Shown piece after piece: positions 30,277 to 40,018 of a stretch of 42,624 bases of DNA (positions within the stretch are counted from its first letter, which is position 1; every line of letters begins with the position of its first letter). The stretch is from contig CAIMWO010000093.1 in the NCBI GenBank assembly GCA_903845195.1, positions 1 through 42,624 on the forward strand, written 5' to 3'. This DNA is from an uncultured Phycisphaerales bacterium (lineage in GTDB: Bacteria > Planctomycetota > Phycisphaerae > WQYP01). Under the pieces are notes generated by a model. It was not told the origin of the DNA and did no database searches. It was given only the letters and a program-made list of their open reading frames with translations. The translations under genes and the position numbers were made by a program.

Positions 30277-31545
30277 CTATTTTCCAGCCGGTTTGTCTTC
30301 ATCAGGTTTCATCGACTTAAAACTGCGGTAAAGGAGCACATCGTAGACAATCTTAATTCCCCCCGACAAAAAGAACGGCACGCTGATCAGCGCCGGCACC
30401 GCCAACAATAACCCTGCCAGCGATGGCGCAATCGCCGCCCCCGCCGTCCGCGCCACCCCCGTGATCCCCGAGGCTGCCGAACGCTCGCTCGGATCGACCA
30501 CCGCCATTGTGTACGACTGCCGCGTCGGCACATCCATCTGCGAAATCGAAAACCGCAGCAACAGCATCGTAATCGCCAGTTCCTTGTTCGGCATCAGCGG
30601 CACCAGGATCAACAAAATGTTCGACGGAATATGCGTATACACCATCGTCTCGATCAATCCGATCCGTCGCGCCAGCGACGCCGCCGAAAGCGCCGATATC
30701 CCCGCTAGAACATTGGCCCCCAGGAAAATCGCCCCCAGCATCGATGGCGATACGCCAAACCGCACATGGAACCAGTACGCCGCGATGCTCTGCACCACAA
30801 ACCCACCCCCAAAGGCATCCAGTGCAAACAGAGATGAAAGCTTGAACACCACCTTCTTCGACTTGTGCAATCCCAGCAGAACCGGCCCTGCCGTAAAGCG
30901 TCCCTCCGGTGGCAACTCCACCGCCGGCGTGAGCAATAGAAATAACCCCGCCAGCACCAGCCCCAGCGCCGCGTATCCAAAGATTACCGCGCGAAAACTG
31001 TCCAACGCCGTCCAACCCGCGCGCTGGAACAGATCGACCGCGACCCCGCCCACCAAAGCCCCCAGCGCCGTCGCCATCGAGCCGATCAGGTTGTACCACG
31101 CGAAAACGGCGGTGCGTTCTTCGTTGGGCACAATCTGCGAAAGCGATGCCTGTTCGATCGACAGAAACGGCCCGACCTCGTTGCCGCTGGGACTGATCAC
31201 GCCGATCGTCGCGGCCACCAGCAGCAGCCAGTAATTCGTGGTCAGCCCGAAGATGATCCCCGCCAGCACCAGCAGCAGAGCGCCGATCACCAGCATTCTC
31301 TTCCTGCCAAACCGGTCCGCCGTGGTCGTGATCCAGAGCGAGACCGCCGTATCGCCGACGAGCGTGAGCGTAAGCAGCAAACCAATTTTGGGATCGGGGA
31401 TTCCTATCTCGGCCAGATACAACACAAGGATGATGGAGATGAGGCCGTAACCGAACAATCGAATGCAGCGCGTGACAAAGAGCAGCACCCCGTCGCGGTT
31501 AAGGGTCTTCAACGATGCCGCATGAGGCAAGATGGAAAGCATCAT
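30277..31545 (-). CDS. MFS transporter. Start set at MMLSILPHAAS, ~20 aa before TM1; the ORF-track start at 31710 is probably too long.
   Basis: Twelve hydrophobic segments and an MFS-like loop motif after TM2 (TADRFGRKRMLVIG). Confidence 0.8.
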   Translation of the reverse strand: MMLSILPHAASLKTLNRDGVLLFVTRCIRLFGYGLISIILVLYLAEIGIPDPKIGLLLTLTLVGDTAVSLWITTTADRFGRKRMLVIGALLLVLAGIIFGLTTNYWLLLVAATIGVISPSGNEVGPFLSIEQASLSQIVPNEERTAVFAWYNLIGSMATALGALVGGVAVDLFQRAGWTALDSFRAVIFGYAALGLVLAGLFLLLTPAVELPPEGRFTAGPVLLGLHKSKKVVFKLSSLFALDAFGGGFVVQSIAAYWFHVRFGVSPSMLGAIFLGANVLAGISALSAASLARRIGLIETMVYTHIPSNILLILVPLMPNKELAITMLLLRFSISQMDVPTRQSYTMAVVDPSERSAASGITGVARTAGAAIAPSLAGLLLAVPALISVPFFLSGGIKIVYDVLLYRSFKSMKPDEDKPAGK

Positions 31546-31740
31546 CACTCGCTTTTCGATTCGCTGGTCCGGTGGTCCTTGGCGATGGATTCGCGCGACA
31601 ATATACGATCTGCATGATGAAGGCGACAGGATGAAAAACGGAAGTAGTGCATCGCCATGTTGACGGTGGGCACCAAACCCGCCAAGTCTCGCCGTTTTTG
31701 ACCCTCTCACAGTGTTGAGCTAAACTGCTCGTGACGATCC

Positions 31741-31827
31741 GGAGGCGTGGCAGAGCGGTTTATTGCACCGGTCTTGAAAACCGGAGAGGGCGCAAGTCCT
31801 CCGTGGGTTCGAATCCTACCGCCTCCG
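31741..31827 (+). tRNA. tRNA-Ser (anticodon UGA), class II with a long variable arm.
   Basis: Manual fold: acceptor GGAGGCG/CGCCTCC; D-arm; anticodon stem CCGGT/ACCGG with loop CTTGAAA (anticodon TGA); long variable arm; T-arm GGTTCGAATCC; discriminator G. CCA is not encoded. Confidence 0.85.
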
Positions 31828-31831
31828 CTTA

Positions 31832-31864
31832 AAACCCTTGGGAATCCAGCGTTCCCAAGGGTTT
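31832..31864. terminator. Perfect 13-bp hairpin (aaacccttgggaa-tccagcg-ttcccaagggttt) immediately 3' of tRNA-Ser, followed by a T-rich tract.
   Basis: Inverted repeat seen directly. The tail ttacgtgttttct follows it. Confidence 0.65.
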
Positions 31865-31968
31865 ACGTGTTTTCTGGGGCAAACACTTCTGTCCACCTCG
31901 TTCCGCCCAATTCCGCCCAAAGCCACCGCAAAAGGCAAAGCAAAAGGCAAAGTGAAACCCACGAAAAC

Positions 31969-33333
31969 TCAGGTGCTGCCTCCTTGGCTTCCCGGTTTCG
32001 GGTTCACGCCGGGCGGCTTCTGGGAAGCGTCCTCAGAACCAACTGGGGGCTTGGTCACGCCCGGCACATTCGGCAATCCCGACAAAGCCTTACTCGTATC
32101 GAGCATACCGGCGTGGGCGTAACGTCCCAGCGTCAGGGTAGGCGTGGAATGCCGTGCCAACTCCTGTGCAGCCTTCATGGGCGCCCCTGAACTCACCAGA
32201 CGTGTAATGAACGTATGACGCAGGGCATGGAAGTCCGCGACGCACTGCTGACCGTCCCGGTAAGCCAGAAAATCCAGCTTCTGACGACGTGCCAATTCCT
32301 CGGCATCTCCGTTGGCTTCTTTGAGCCAAGCCACGCGTGCCACCAACAGATCATGGCGGATCAGCTTGGCCACATGCCACTTCGCGGGCATCGTGGCGAA
32401 GACGCTCTTGCCTTTAGCCTTCGTCGCCAGCCACGCAGCCACCGCAGAAGCAAGAGACGGTTGGATAGGCTGCACATCCGTACGCCGGTGTTTGCTATAG
32501 GCTGCCGCCACGGTGAGTGTCGGTGGCGTGGTATCCAAATTGAAACTCTCCGGAGTCAAGCTGCGAAGCTCACTGGACCGAAAACCTGTGCCGAGTGCCA
32601 AACGGTAGAGCATGCCCCGGTCGGAACCAGAGATGCCCAGAAAAACTTCTCCTTGATCCGCAACAGCCAGCAGACGTTCGACTTCTTCCTCTGACAAGGC
32701 TCTACGGTCATGTCGGCGATCCGTCTTGACGTTAAATCCCTTGAGATGGGCCAATGGATCCTCAGTGGCCCGCCGATCCGATACCAGCCACCGCGTAAAC
32801 GCCTTTATGGCTCGCAGAAAGTGATTCAGGGTCTGGAGGCTCAGCCCCGCGGTTTCGTCATCGCCTTTCCCTATCCGGTCCAAGGCAACCTGTACCCGCG
32901 ACGGAGTAAGGTCACGCAAGTAAACAGTCTTGGACAACTGAAGGATTCGCCTGGCGTCCACGAAGTATCGTTCGGCATGGTACGGAGTGTTTCCCTTGGC
33001 CAGCAGCACCTGCTTCCATTCGGTGAGATGATCTGCCAGCGGTCTTCCCGCACCGGCAAAACGTCCTTCGAGCAGGCCAAGGTCCGCCAGTTTCTTCTGG
33101 ATGTCGGAGCCTTGTGATTGCATCCACTTCACCAGTGAGGCATCGGGCGTCTGACCACTGGCCAAAGAACTCATCAGCTCTTCCATCCGCCGACCAAATG
33201 CTTCGGTTTGTTTCAGGCTGGTGAAGCCGGGCAGGCGACATCGCCTCCGCTTCCATTTGAAATCGATCCACCAGGTGGGGGATTCAATCTTCGTCCCCTC
33301 CTTGGTGGTGTACTTGGGTTTATAGGTTCTCAT
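31969..33333 (-). CDS. Tyrosine-type site-specific recombinase / phage integrase.
   Basis: C-terminal catalytic R..HxxR..Y region (HALRHTFITRLVSSGAPMKAAQELARHSTPTLTLGRYAHA). An N-terminal SAM-like/arm-binding region is present. The start ATG overlaps the stop of the upstream AlpA-like gene (ATGA). Confidence 0.9.
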   Translation of the reverse strand: MRTYKPKYTTKEGTKIESPTWWIDFKWKRRRCRLPGFTSLKQTEAFGRRMEELMSSLASGQTPDASLVKWMQSQGSDIQKKLADLGLLEGRFAGAGRPLADHLTEWKQVLLAKGNTPYHAERYFVDARRILQLSKTVYLRDLTPSRVQVALDRIGKGDDETAGLSLQTLNHFLRAIKAFTRWLVSDRRATEDPLAHLKGFNVKTDRRHDRRALSEEEVERLLAVADQGEVFLGISGSDRGMLYRLALGTGFRSSELRSLTPESFNLDTTPPTLTVAAAYSKHRRTDVQPIQPSLASAVAAWLATKAKGKSVFATMPAKWHVAKLIRHDLLVARVAWLKEANGDAEELARRQKLDFLAYRDGQQCVADFHALRHTFITRLVSSGAPMKAAQELARHSTPTLTLGRYAHAGMLDTSKALSGLPNVPGVTKPPVGSEDASQKPPGVNPKPGSQGGST

Positions 33334-33752
33334 GAAGTCACCTTTTCATTCTGGGGCGTGCTTCGGCCATGCAGGGCATGGCGGAACGACGCAGTGTGTG
33401 TTGTGTTCTTAAGGACTTCCCATTGCTCACGGGCAGGTGCTCCCGCCGAAAGCCAGGCGCGAAGTTCCCCCACCGGCCAGACGCACCGGGCACCCAGCTT
33501 GACGGGCGCAGGAATGCGTCCGGAACTGTCGAGTTCATGCCAGAGAGACTTGCCGATACCGATGAGGGCAGCGGCGTCATCGGCTCCCACCGCTAGGGGT
33601 TCCACCGGTGTCATGCAGATGCGTGAGCGCGCAGAACTTCCCCTCCGCTCTGTAGGCGGTTTTCTGTCGGGGCTCGTAATGGGTTCAGGCGTCTTAGGCT
33701 GGCCAGCGTGGGTCAGCAGATCAGGAGTGAGGCCACCGGTTTCCTTCGCCAT
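33330..33752 (-). CDS. AlpA/excisionase-like HTH DNA-binding protein. The start is uncertain; an alternative Met lies at 33614.
   Basis: An HTH_17/MerR-like motif (AAALIGIGKSLWHELDSSGRIPAPVKLGARCVWPVGELRAWL) sits directly upstream of the integrase and is translationally coupled to it. Confidence 0.6.
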   Translation of the reverse strand: MAKETGGLTPDLLTHAGQPKTPEPITSPDRKPPTERRGSSARSRICMTPVEPLAVGADDAAALIGIGKSLWHELDSSGRIPAPVKLGARCVWPVGELRAWLSAGAPAREQWEVLKNTTHTASFRHALHGRSTPQNEKVTS

Positions 33753-34504
33753 TAAGCGTGAACCGGCAGCCGCGGGACAAGAGTAACCATGAGGTCACCT
33801 TCCGGCCTTGGGGCCATGCCGCGCAGTATCCCTCGAACCAGATTATCACATCGGTTTTCATCGGGAATCCTGCGAGGCGGGAGTGGTTTAGGTCTTAACA
33901 ACGAACGCCGTAGGGGTGGGACGGCAGGCCCTGACTGATGGCTCCAGTGTAGCGCGCCCTCGCACGCTGTCAAGGGTCAACGGGGTCCATCAGGGAGCCC
34001 TAGCCTTACGCTCGGCTCCTCTATTCAGTTGTACCCGAAACGCGTTAAAGCGCAAGTGAATTCTGGACATTTTTAGAAGATTTTCACTGGTGCAGGGGCG
34101 CCCCTGGGCCCCCGGCGATCCCAGCTCCAGCATCCGACAGATCAACGCGGAACTTATTGTCAGACGTGCAAAGATCCCAGGGGTGTTACCATGGCGGTGG
34201 GGATGATGGTTCGGCGATTAAGAATTCGAGGACGTAACTGTGCGCAGCAAAATGACTTACGAACGATATGGTGGAAATACAGCAAAAGCTCGATTTATTG
34301 ACTAGCGCTCGTCCGCGTTTCGGGTAAAATGAACTATGTGAGGCCGCGATCCGAATATCGCGGATGTTCCGGCGGATGCCTTCCTTTGCCGCCGGTTAAG
34401 AATAGCCCATTTATTAAGACCAATACGAGTTCGGCCATTAGGCCGCACCGCCGAAGGTACCCCGTGATCGGATCCCTCCGTGGTGATGTATACGCGAGGT
34501 CCCT

Positions 34505-36178
34505 ATGAAGTCGAAGCAGTCTCTGAAAAAGTCGGGAATTCCCTCCTTCGTGAAGTATTTTCCCAAGTTGGCGGAAGTCATCGGTGACAAGAATGCCCTG
34601 CTCCTGGTGCAGTTGGCGTTCTGGATCGGGAGGGTCAAGCACGAACACGAGGGACGACGCTGGATCTACCAGACGGCAGAGAAAATCAGCGAGGAGTGGT
34701 TCCCTGCCTGGGGCGTGAAGACGGTCCGTCGTACGCTGAAGGAGATGCAGGCACAGGGTTTCCTGATGGTCGGGAACTTCAACAAGCACCGTTATGATCG
34801 CACGCGTTGGTTTGCCATTACTGACAAGGGAATCGAACAGCTTCAGGCCTGTGGAGTGCCTGTGGACGGATTGACCATGTCGAGCACCCAGATCGGCAAG
34901 AAGGATGTGCCCAGACTGACCACACCAGGTGGACAAATTGGGCACATGGAACTGGTCGAAGTGGGCACACCTATACCAGTAGATATAACCAGAGATATTT
35001 CTTCAGAAGAAAACCCAAAAGCAACTGCAGCGGCGGGCGGCAGAGGATTTTCTTCTTTTGATGATGAAGAACCTATCAGCCATGACACAGACCACAGTCC
35101 ATCGACAGCATCAGCAGAGCTCAGTTCACAGAGTTCAGATACTCATTCTCAGGGCAGCCTTCCTGCGACAGAGACACAGACAAGACCCTCTCTTTCTCAG
35201 GCACAGACATTGGAACAGGCTATCCATAGCAGCCTGGGCCTGCATCCCAACATCAAAATCACAGCCACTCTGCTCGATGCAGCTCAAACCAGTGATCAGA
35301 GTCTCAGTGCCATCAAAAGGCTGTCCTGCGATACAACAGCACGACCGGATGTAAGAAATAAGCAGGCATTGCTGACTAAGCGTCTGTTGGATGGAGACTA
35401 CATCTACCATCCCGAAGACCTTTCCGTACTGCGCCGCCACGGCATCGAAGGTCAGACTGCCCATACTGTACTAGCCTCCATCCGTCCGGGCTTGTGTGTG
35501 TTTGAAAAGACACTGGAACAGATTTATGCCATTGCGGAAATGGATCTCGGGAAGCAACTGGATTACCGGTACGAACAACTCGACTGGATCATCCGGTCCA
35601 CGTTGAACGATCCCGATTCCACTGGAGAGTGCAGCATCGAGACAGACGAAGAGGCCCAAAACGCCAATCTGCCCGGTTCTCTGCTGGAACTCTTCAATGA
35701 CGCAGTAAGCCGATGGCGAGACGAACGAGTCGAGGAATACAGTCTTGACGCAGGCACGGCGGAGGAGGTTCCCAGTCTGCCCCCGATGCATCACACTTCT
35801 GCTTCTGCCGCAATACCAGCCCAGGCTGAGGAGCAAGTCAGCGGCGGTCCCGTTGAACCAACCAGCGGAGAGGGCCCGGACGCAGTGAGCATAGTTCCGG
35901 ACAGGACCGTTCTTCCCCTTCCAGAGAGCGTGCCCGCTGAGTCTGCCAAGAAAGCGGTAACTCAGCAGCAACCTGGTGCTGGGCCGGCATCAGTAGGAAC
36001 CCGAACCGCTGAAACCTCGGTCGTCGGTCAGAGAGCTGAAGATCCCCTCTATTTGCGGGCAATGGAGAACCTGGAGCTGGTCAAGCGGCAGATCAAAGAG
36101 AAAGGCAGACGCGATTCCAGTATGGGTATCGGAATGCCGGAAGTGCCGGAGGTGTCAGGACTGGTGGCAGCCGCCTAG
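34505..36178 (+). CDS. Hypothetical protein with an N-terminal winged-helix DNA-binding domain, a candidate replication-initiator/organiser of the element, plus a long acidic/Ser-Gln-rich low-complexity region.
   Basis: The N-terminus (ALLLVQLAFWIGRVKHEHEGRRWIYQTAEKISEEWFPAWGVKTVRRTLKEMQAQGFLMV...RTRWFAITDKG) resembles winged-helix replication-initiator/replisome-organiser N-domains. No precise family was recognised. It is preceded by a 750-bp non-coding region. Confidence 0.4.
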   Translation: MKSKQSLKKSGIPSFVKYFPKLAEVIGDKNALLLVQLAFWIGRVKHEHEGRRWIYQTAEKISEEWFPAWGVKTVRRTLKEMQAQGFLMVGNFNKHRYDRTRWFAITDKGIEQLQACGVPVDGLTMSSTQIGKKDVPRLTTPGGQIGHMELVEVGTPIPVDITRDISSEENPKATAAAGGRGFSSFDDEEPISHDTDHSPSTASAELSSQSSDTHSQGSLPATETQTRPSLSQAQTLEQAIHSSLGLHPNIKITATLLDAAQTSDQSLSAIKRLSCDTTARPDVRNKQALLTKRLLDGDYIYHPEDLSVLRRHGIEGQTAHTVLASIRPGLCVFEKTLEQIYAIAEMDLGKQLDYRYEQLDWIIRSTLNDPDSTGECSIETDEEAQNANLPGSLLELFNDAVSRWRDERVEEYSLDAGTAEEVPSLPPMHHTSASAAIPAQAEEQVSGGPVEPTSGEGPDAVSIVPDRTVLPLPESVPAESAKKAVTQQQPGAGPASVGTRTAETSVVGQRAEDPLYLRAMENLELVKRQIKEKGRRDSSMGIGMPEVPEVSGLVAAA

Positions 36179-36478
36179 CGTTGGCAGAAGCCATGAGCAT
36201 CGGCCCATATAAGGCTCACCAGGCGCCCTGGGAGGCGCGGAGCGCGCATCTGAGCGTTCGATCGACCTGGAAGCCGTCCGAAGGATGGAACGCGCTCCAG
36301 CGCGCCGGGAGCGCGTGGGAACCTTGAGGACCGAATCGTCCGTCTGGTGTATTTCCTCCAAAGCCCGGCTCAATGGGAAATTTCTTCTTGCGCTTGAACC
36401 ATGTTGGCGCTACATTGGAGTGAGACCAGCGATTTTGATCGCTTTCAGTCCAAAGCCAACCATGAATGGGAGAAAACC

Positions 36479-36733
36479 ATGAGTACCCAAGATCCTCTTC
36501 TTATCCTTCCGGATCGGGAAGCCTTCGACCCCACCCAGAATCTCATTCCGCCCTGGATGGCCAACGATGACGGGCTCCGCACTATACCCCTTCACGAGAT
36601 GGCACGGGTTTATCATGTCGGGATGAGCACCCTACGGAGGCACATGCGCCAGGGACGACTCAAGGCGATCAGGGTGGGTCGCTATAAGTGCGTCACGCTG
36701 GGGAATCTCCGGGAGTATTTGGGGGCTGACTGA
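36479..36733 (+). CDS. Excisionase-family HTH DNA-binding protein. Start set at the internal Met with a GGGAGA RBS.
   Basis: The region LHEMARVYHVGMSTLRRHMRQGRLKAIRVGRYKCVTLGNLREYL matches the excisionase/MerR-type HTH. Confidence 0.6.
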   Translation: MSTQDPLLILPDREAFDPTQNLIPPWMANDDGLRTIPLHEMARVYHVGMSTLRRHMRQGRLKAIRVGRYKCVTLGNLREYLGAD

Positions 36734-37218
36734 AGCTCCCAGAGTCATGAATCCCCACTGTTCCTGTTTTGTCCCCCTACTTCTGTTTTTGCCTCCTATG
36801 TTGTGAGGCCTTTCCCCGCCTTTTTCTCACCTCAGCCAAAACCCATTCCGCAACAACCGCTGGATGGCGCCGAAAATCTCTCATGCCCCACCAATACCGA
36901 GTTGCGTGAGCCACGGAATCTCGTTGGAAAAGGAACATCTGTCTCACTAAAAAATGAAATTGAAGGGCGAAATTGCCCCTTTCGGAGTGAAAGGTGCCCA
37001 CCACATGCCCTGTCAGATGCTCGTATAAGGCCTCACCAAATGCTTACACGGACCGGTCCAGAAGGCTTACCAAACTGCTCGAGGAACGGCTCCAACTACT
37101 CACCAACAACCCGTCAGTAAGGCAAGGGAGGACCGTAGCTGGGAGAGCGGTGGCGTGTACTGGACTACCGAAGCCCTACCCGGCGCCTTGGGAGGCGCGT
37201 AGCACGCATAACCACCTA

Positions 37219-37527
37219 TTACCGATCCACCGTCACTGAGTACGGCGGCAACGAAATCTTCAACTTCCCACCAGCGGCCTTGATGTTGGGGGCCAGTGAG
37301 TAGATGACATTCTTGCCTTTCCGTTTCCCGAGGATCAGCCGATTCATCCGCAACAGTCCCAGATGATGACTGACGCTCGGTTGGGCCATTTTGAGTTCCT
37401 CGCATAGGCTGGTCACGTTGCGCTCTCTATTGGCGAGCAGCAGCACCAATCGGAGGCGAGTGCTGTCCGCAAGCAAGCCCAAAAGGTAAGTGAAAGATGC
37501 AAGGGTTTCGTCGGAAGAGCGTGCCAT
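37219..37527 (-). CDS. ArsR/SmtB-family transcriptional regulator. Start set at the internal Met (MARSSDETL).
   Basis: wHTH signature LADSTRLRLVLLLANRERNVTSLCEELKMAQPSVSHHLGLLRMNRLI. Confidence 0.8.
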   Translation of the reverse strand: MARSSDETLASFTYLLGLLADSTRLRLVLLLANRERNVTSLCEELKMAQPSVSHHLGLLRMNRLILGKRKGKNVIYSLAPNIKAAGGKLKISLPPYSVTVDR

Positions 37528-37647
37528 CGTAGAGTTCTCCACATTAGATGCTGGAAGATGCTGCGGTATTGTCACCCAAACCCGCATCGGACTCCATCAG
37601 GACGATGCTTCCTTGGGCCGAACGTTGAGGCTGACAGAACAGGCGAT

Positions 37648-38055
37648 ATGCTATCCCAGATTGATTCAACGGCGAAACTGGGGCGACCAATGGCGAAGAA
37701 ACTGAACAAGGACCGTGAAGACCGCATCGACATGGAGATCGTGGTCGATGCCTATGGCCCAGAAGAACGGGCAATGAGCTGGCACTGCTTCCTCGAAAAC
37801 AATCTGACGCCATTCACCGCCACATGCACCAAAGAACGTTCCATCTCACCCGTGCTAAAAGGCGATGATGTCGAGGTTACCGGCATGGCTGATTCGGACG
37901 AGTGCCAGCACGAGATGTTCGTGATGATCCGCCACGAGGGGAAGCGTGCTCTGGCCGTGCCGTTGGCGCAGTTGAAGCCGACCGATGCCAACGCCGCCAC
38001 CAAGCAGGCTATCGAGGACTGGCTGTATTGGGTTCAGATGGGATATGAGTTCTAA
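37648..38055 (+). CDS. Hypothetical protein divergent from arsR (possibly a CcbP-like small acidic protein; tentative). An alternative start is at 37690.
   Basis: Sequence MEIVVDAYGPEERAMSWHCFLENNLTPFTATCTKE...ECQHEMFVMIRHEGKRALAVPLAQLKPTDANAATKQAIEDWLYWVQMGYEF. The family assignment is a recollection, not a verified match. Confidence 0.45.
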   Translation: MLSQIDSTAKLGRPMAKKLNKDREDRIDMEIVVDAYGPEERAMSWHCFLENNLTPFTATCTKERSISPVLKGDDVEVTGMADSDECQHEMFVMIRHEGKRALAVPLAQLKPTDANAATKQAIEDWLYWVQMGYEF

Positions 38056-38234
38056 AAGGGGAGGAGCAAGCAATGAAGAAATTGGCGACGAAGTTCACGC
38101 CGAAAATTGCCCCATGTTTTCGTCGTCTCGTTCAGCCGCTGCTTTGGGGCCTTCCTCAGCAGGGACAGTCTGGAAACATATAGGTATAATCATGTGGTGG
38201 GTTCTTGGGTTCTACAATATCTGGGAGAACGGCA

Positions 38235-38570
38235 ATGGAGGAATCTTCAAGAGAATGTCATTTACTGCAACAACGGATCGTGTTGGAAGAGGCCCGCAAG
38301 AAAGCCGTCAACAAATTGGCCCATTTTTTGGGACCAATTGAGTCTCATATCTTTTTTTATCACGGCAGCAGCAACCCCCGATTGAAGTTCAGAGGATGCC
38401 AAGATATTTCCGTCAGTTACCACGACCATCTCTATCCGAAAAACGGGGAGACGGAATATCCGGTATTCTGTGTAAATAAAACCACCTATCACGTTCTCAA
38501 AGCCGCCAAAGAAGCCGCTAAGAAAAAATCATTCTGGGCATTCTTTAGGTCTTTAATCGGACGGAAGTAA
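38235..38570 (+). CDS. Hypothetical protein in a very AT-rich (~43% GC) segment of the island. Start at the internal Met with a GGGAGAA RBS.
   Basis: ORF with a good RBS and a C-terminal amphipathic/basic tail (KAAKEAAKKKSFWAFFRSLIGRK). No recognisable domain. Confidence 0.4.
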   Translation: MEESSRECHLLQQRIVLEEARKKAVNKLAHFLGPIESHIFFYHGSSNPRLKFRGCQDISVSYHDHLYPKNGETEYPVFCVNKTTYHVLKAAKEAAKKKSFWAFFRSLIGRK

Positions 38571-39499
38571 TTCACCCACGCCAAGGGCGGCATCTACTGC
38601 CGTCGAGATTGCCAAGCCAACCGACCGCCTTACGTGGCCTTGCGGGTGCGTGGCGAGGTAGCGCACATCCAGAAGGTGCAAAACGCAAACAGTCGGCCTG
38701 CTCCCTCGGAGGCCGACTGCTGGTGTGGCGGCTGACCGCCAGAACTTCATTTGAGGTCGTAGTCTACCACACGAGCTGCAGACATGGAAATATCAAGCTA
38801 TTACATTGTTCAAAGGCGATCCAGAACTGAACCCGTTTATCCAGAATGCCCCCATGAATGTGCCGTGCCTGTCCCTCAGCGTGACCACAACGCCTTTAAC
38901 GTGGGAAAAGAGGGCTTTCCCCCAACGAACGGCCCCTCCCTGCAAGCCTCGTCAGCCGAGACCACAGCCAAAAACACCGGGTACACAGGACATAGCCACC
39001 AAGCCTCCATAGGTGGCAAAAGCGAATCTTATGCACATAACAACATTTGGTTGCGCATTTATGTTAGGCTGTTTGGGGTAGGCTTCGTCCTCACGACAGA
39101 ATGGAACCATAGATGCACACCCGTGAAAGACTGATCGTACAAACCAACGCCGACCACATCCCTTTTGTCCACATGCCGTCCCACCAAGTCTGGGACTTCG
39201 TGGAGTGTATGGCTTTGCACCGCCATGCCGTGGTGTACAGCTTTCAGGGCGATGGCTTCAATGTGCAGTTTGGCCGCTTGTCGTCCGAACAGGCGCAGAC
39301 GATAGTGGACGAATTCACCTGCCAACACACGCTGCCTCGGATTCTCGTGTAGAACAAACTGAAGCCCCAAAGAGTTAAATAACACAGGTCATCACTGTTA
39401 TGTCCCGGCCACTCGTGGGGGGTGGCTGGGGCTTTGCTTTGGGGTTCACGCAATTCGGCCTCAAATCTCAAGGGATGGATGCGTCAGGCACCCACCTGT

Positions 39500-39832
39500 T
39501 CAGGAAGCCGTTTCACGGGTTCCGAGTCGATTGGACCCCTGAGCCGGTTTCGGCGAGTCAGATGTGGATGGCCTCTGCGGATAAACACGCCAAAAAACAC
39601 CCCGTAAAGCCGATTCGGATTGATTCTTGACGCACCGGCGAAGAATAGTGGCAACGGGAGTATCCGTGGCAGCGTAGATCGTCACCACCGTTCCTTTGAC
39701 TCCGATGCCATCAGCATCGACAACTTTGCCGGTTACCGTTGCGCCCCCCGCATTTTGAGTTGACTGAGCTTCACTGCGAACGGCCATGAGCGCAACGGCA
39801 CACAAGAGCACAAATAAGAAGCACCGAGTCAT
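39500..39832 (-). CDS. Small secreted protein or gene remnant: signal peptide plus a partial carboxypeptidase-regulatory-like beta segment.
   Basis: Signal peptide MTRCFLFVLLCAVALMAVRSEAQS is followed by VTGKVVDADGIGVKGTVVTIYAATD. The C-terminal half is low-complexity, so it may be a frameshifted fragment. Confidence 0.3.
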   Translation of the reverse strand: MTRCFLFVLLCAVALMAVRSEAQSTQNAGGATVTGKVVDADGIGVKGTVVTIYAATDTPVATILRRCVKNQSESALRGVFWRVYPQRPSTSDSPKPAQGSNRLGTRETAS

Positions 39833-40018
39833 GAAAAGTCTTCCTTCAACAAATGGACGGGATGGACTATCTTTTTGCTTTCACGCAGAATTACTTAACC
39901 ATGTCCTTGTGAGCGTTCAGTCGATCAGCGAAATGGCTGAAGCGTTTTCTTTGAATCCACGGTCCGACTGCCACTCTGTCCCACGAAAACGCATTAGACG
40001 TGGAATCTGACGCTCGAT

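Noticed and set aside
31838-32122. 94-aa plus-strand ORF after the tRNA (KAKGKAKGK...).
   Set aside because: It translates the direct-repeat att/arm region and then runs antisense into the integrase gene.
38784-39352. ORFs 38784-39134 (116 aa) and 39113-39352 (79 aa) in the island.
   Set aside because: There is no recognisable RBS or domain, and composition is mixed. They may be real orphan genes but the support is too weak to call.
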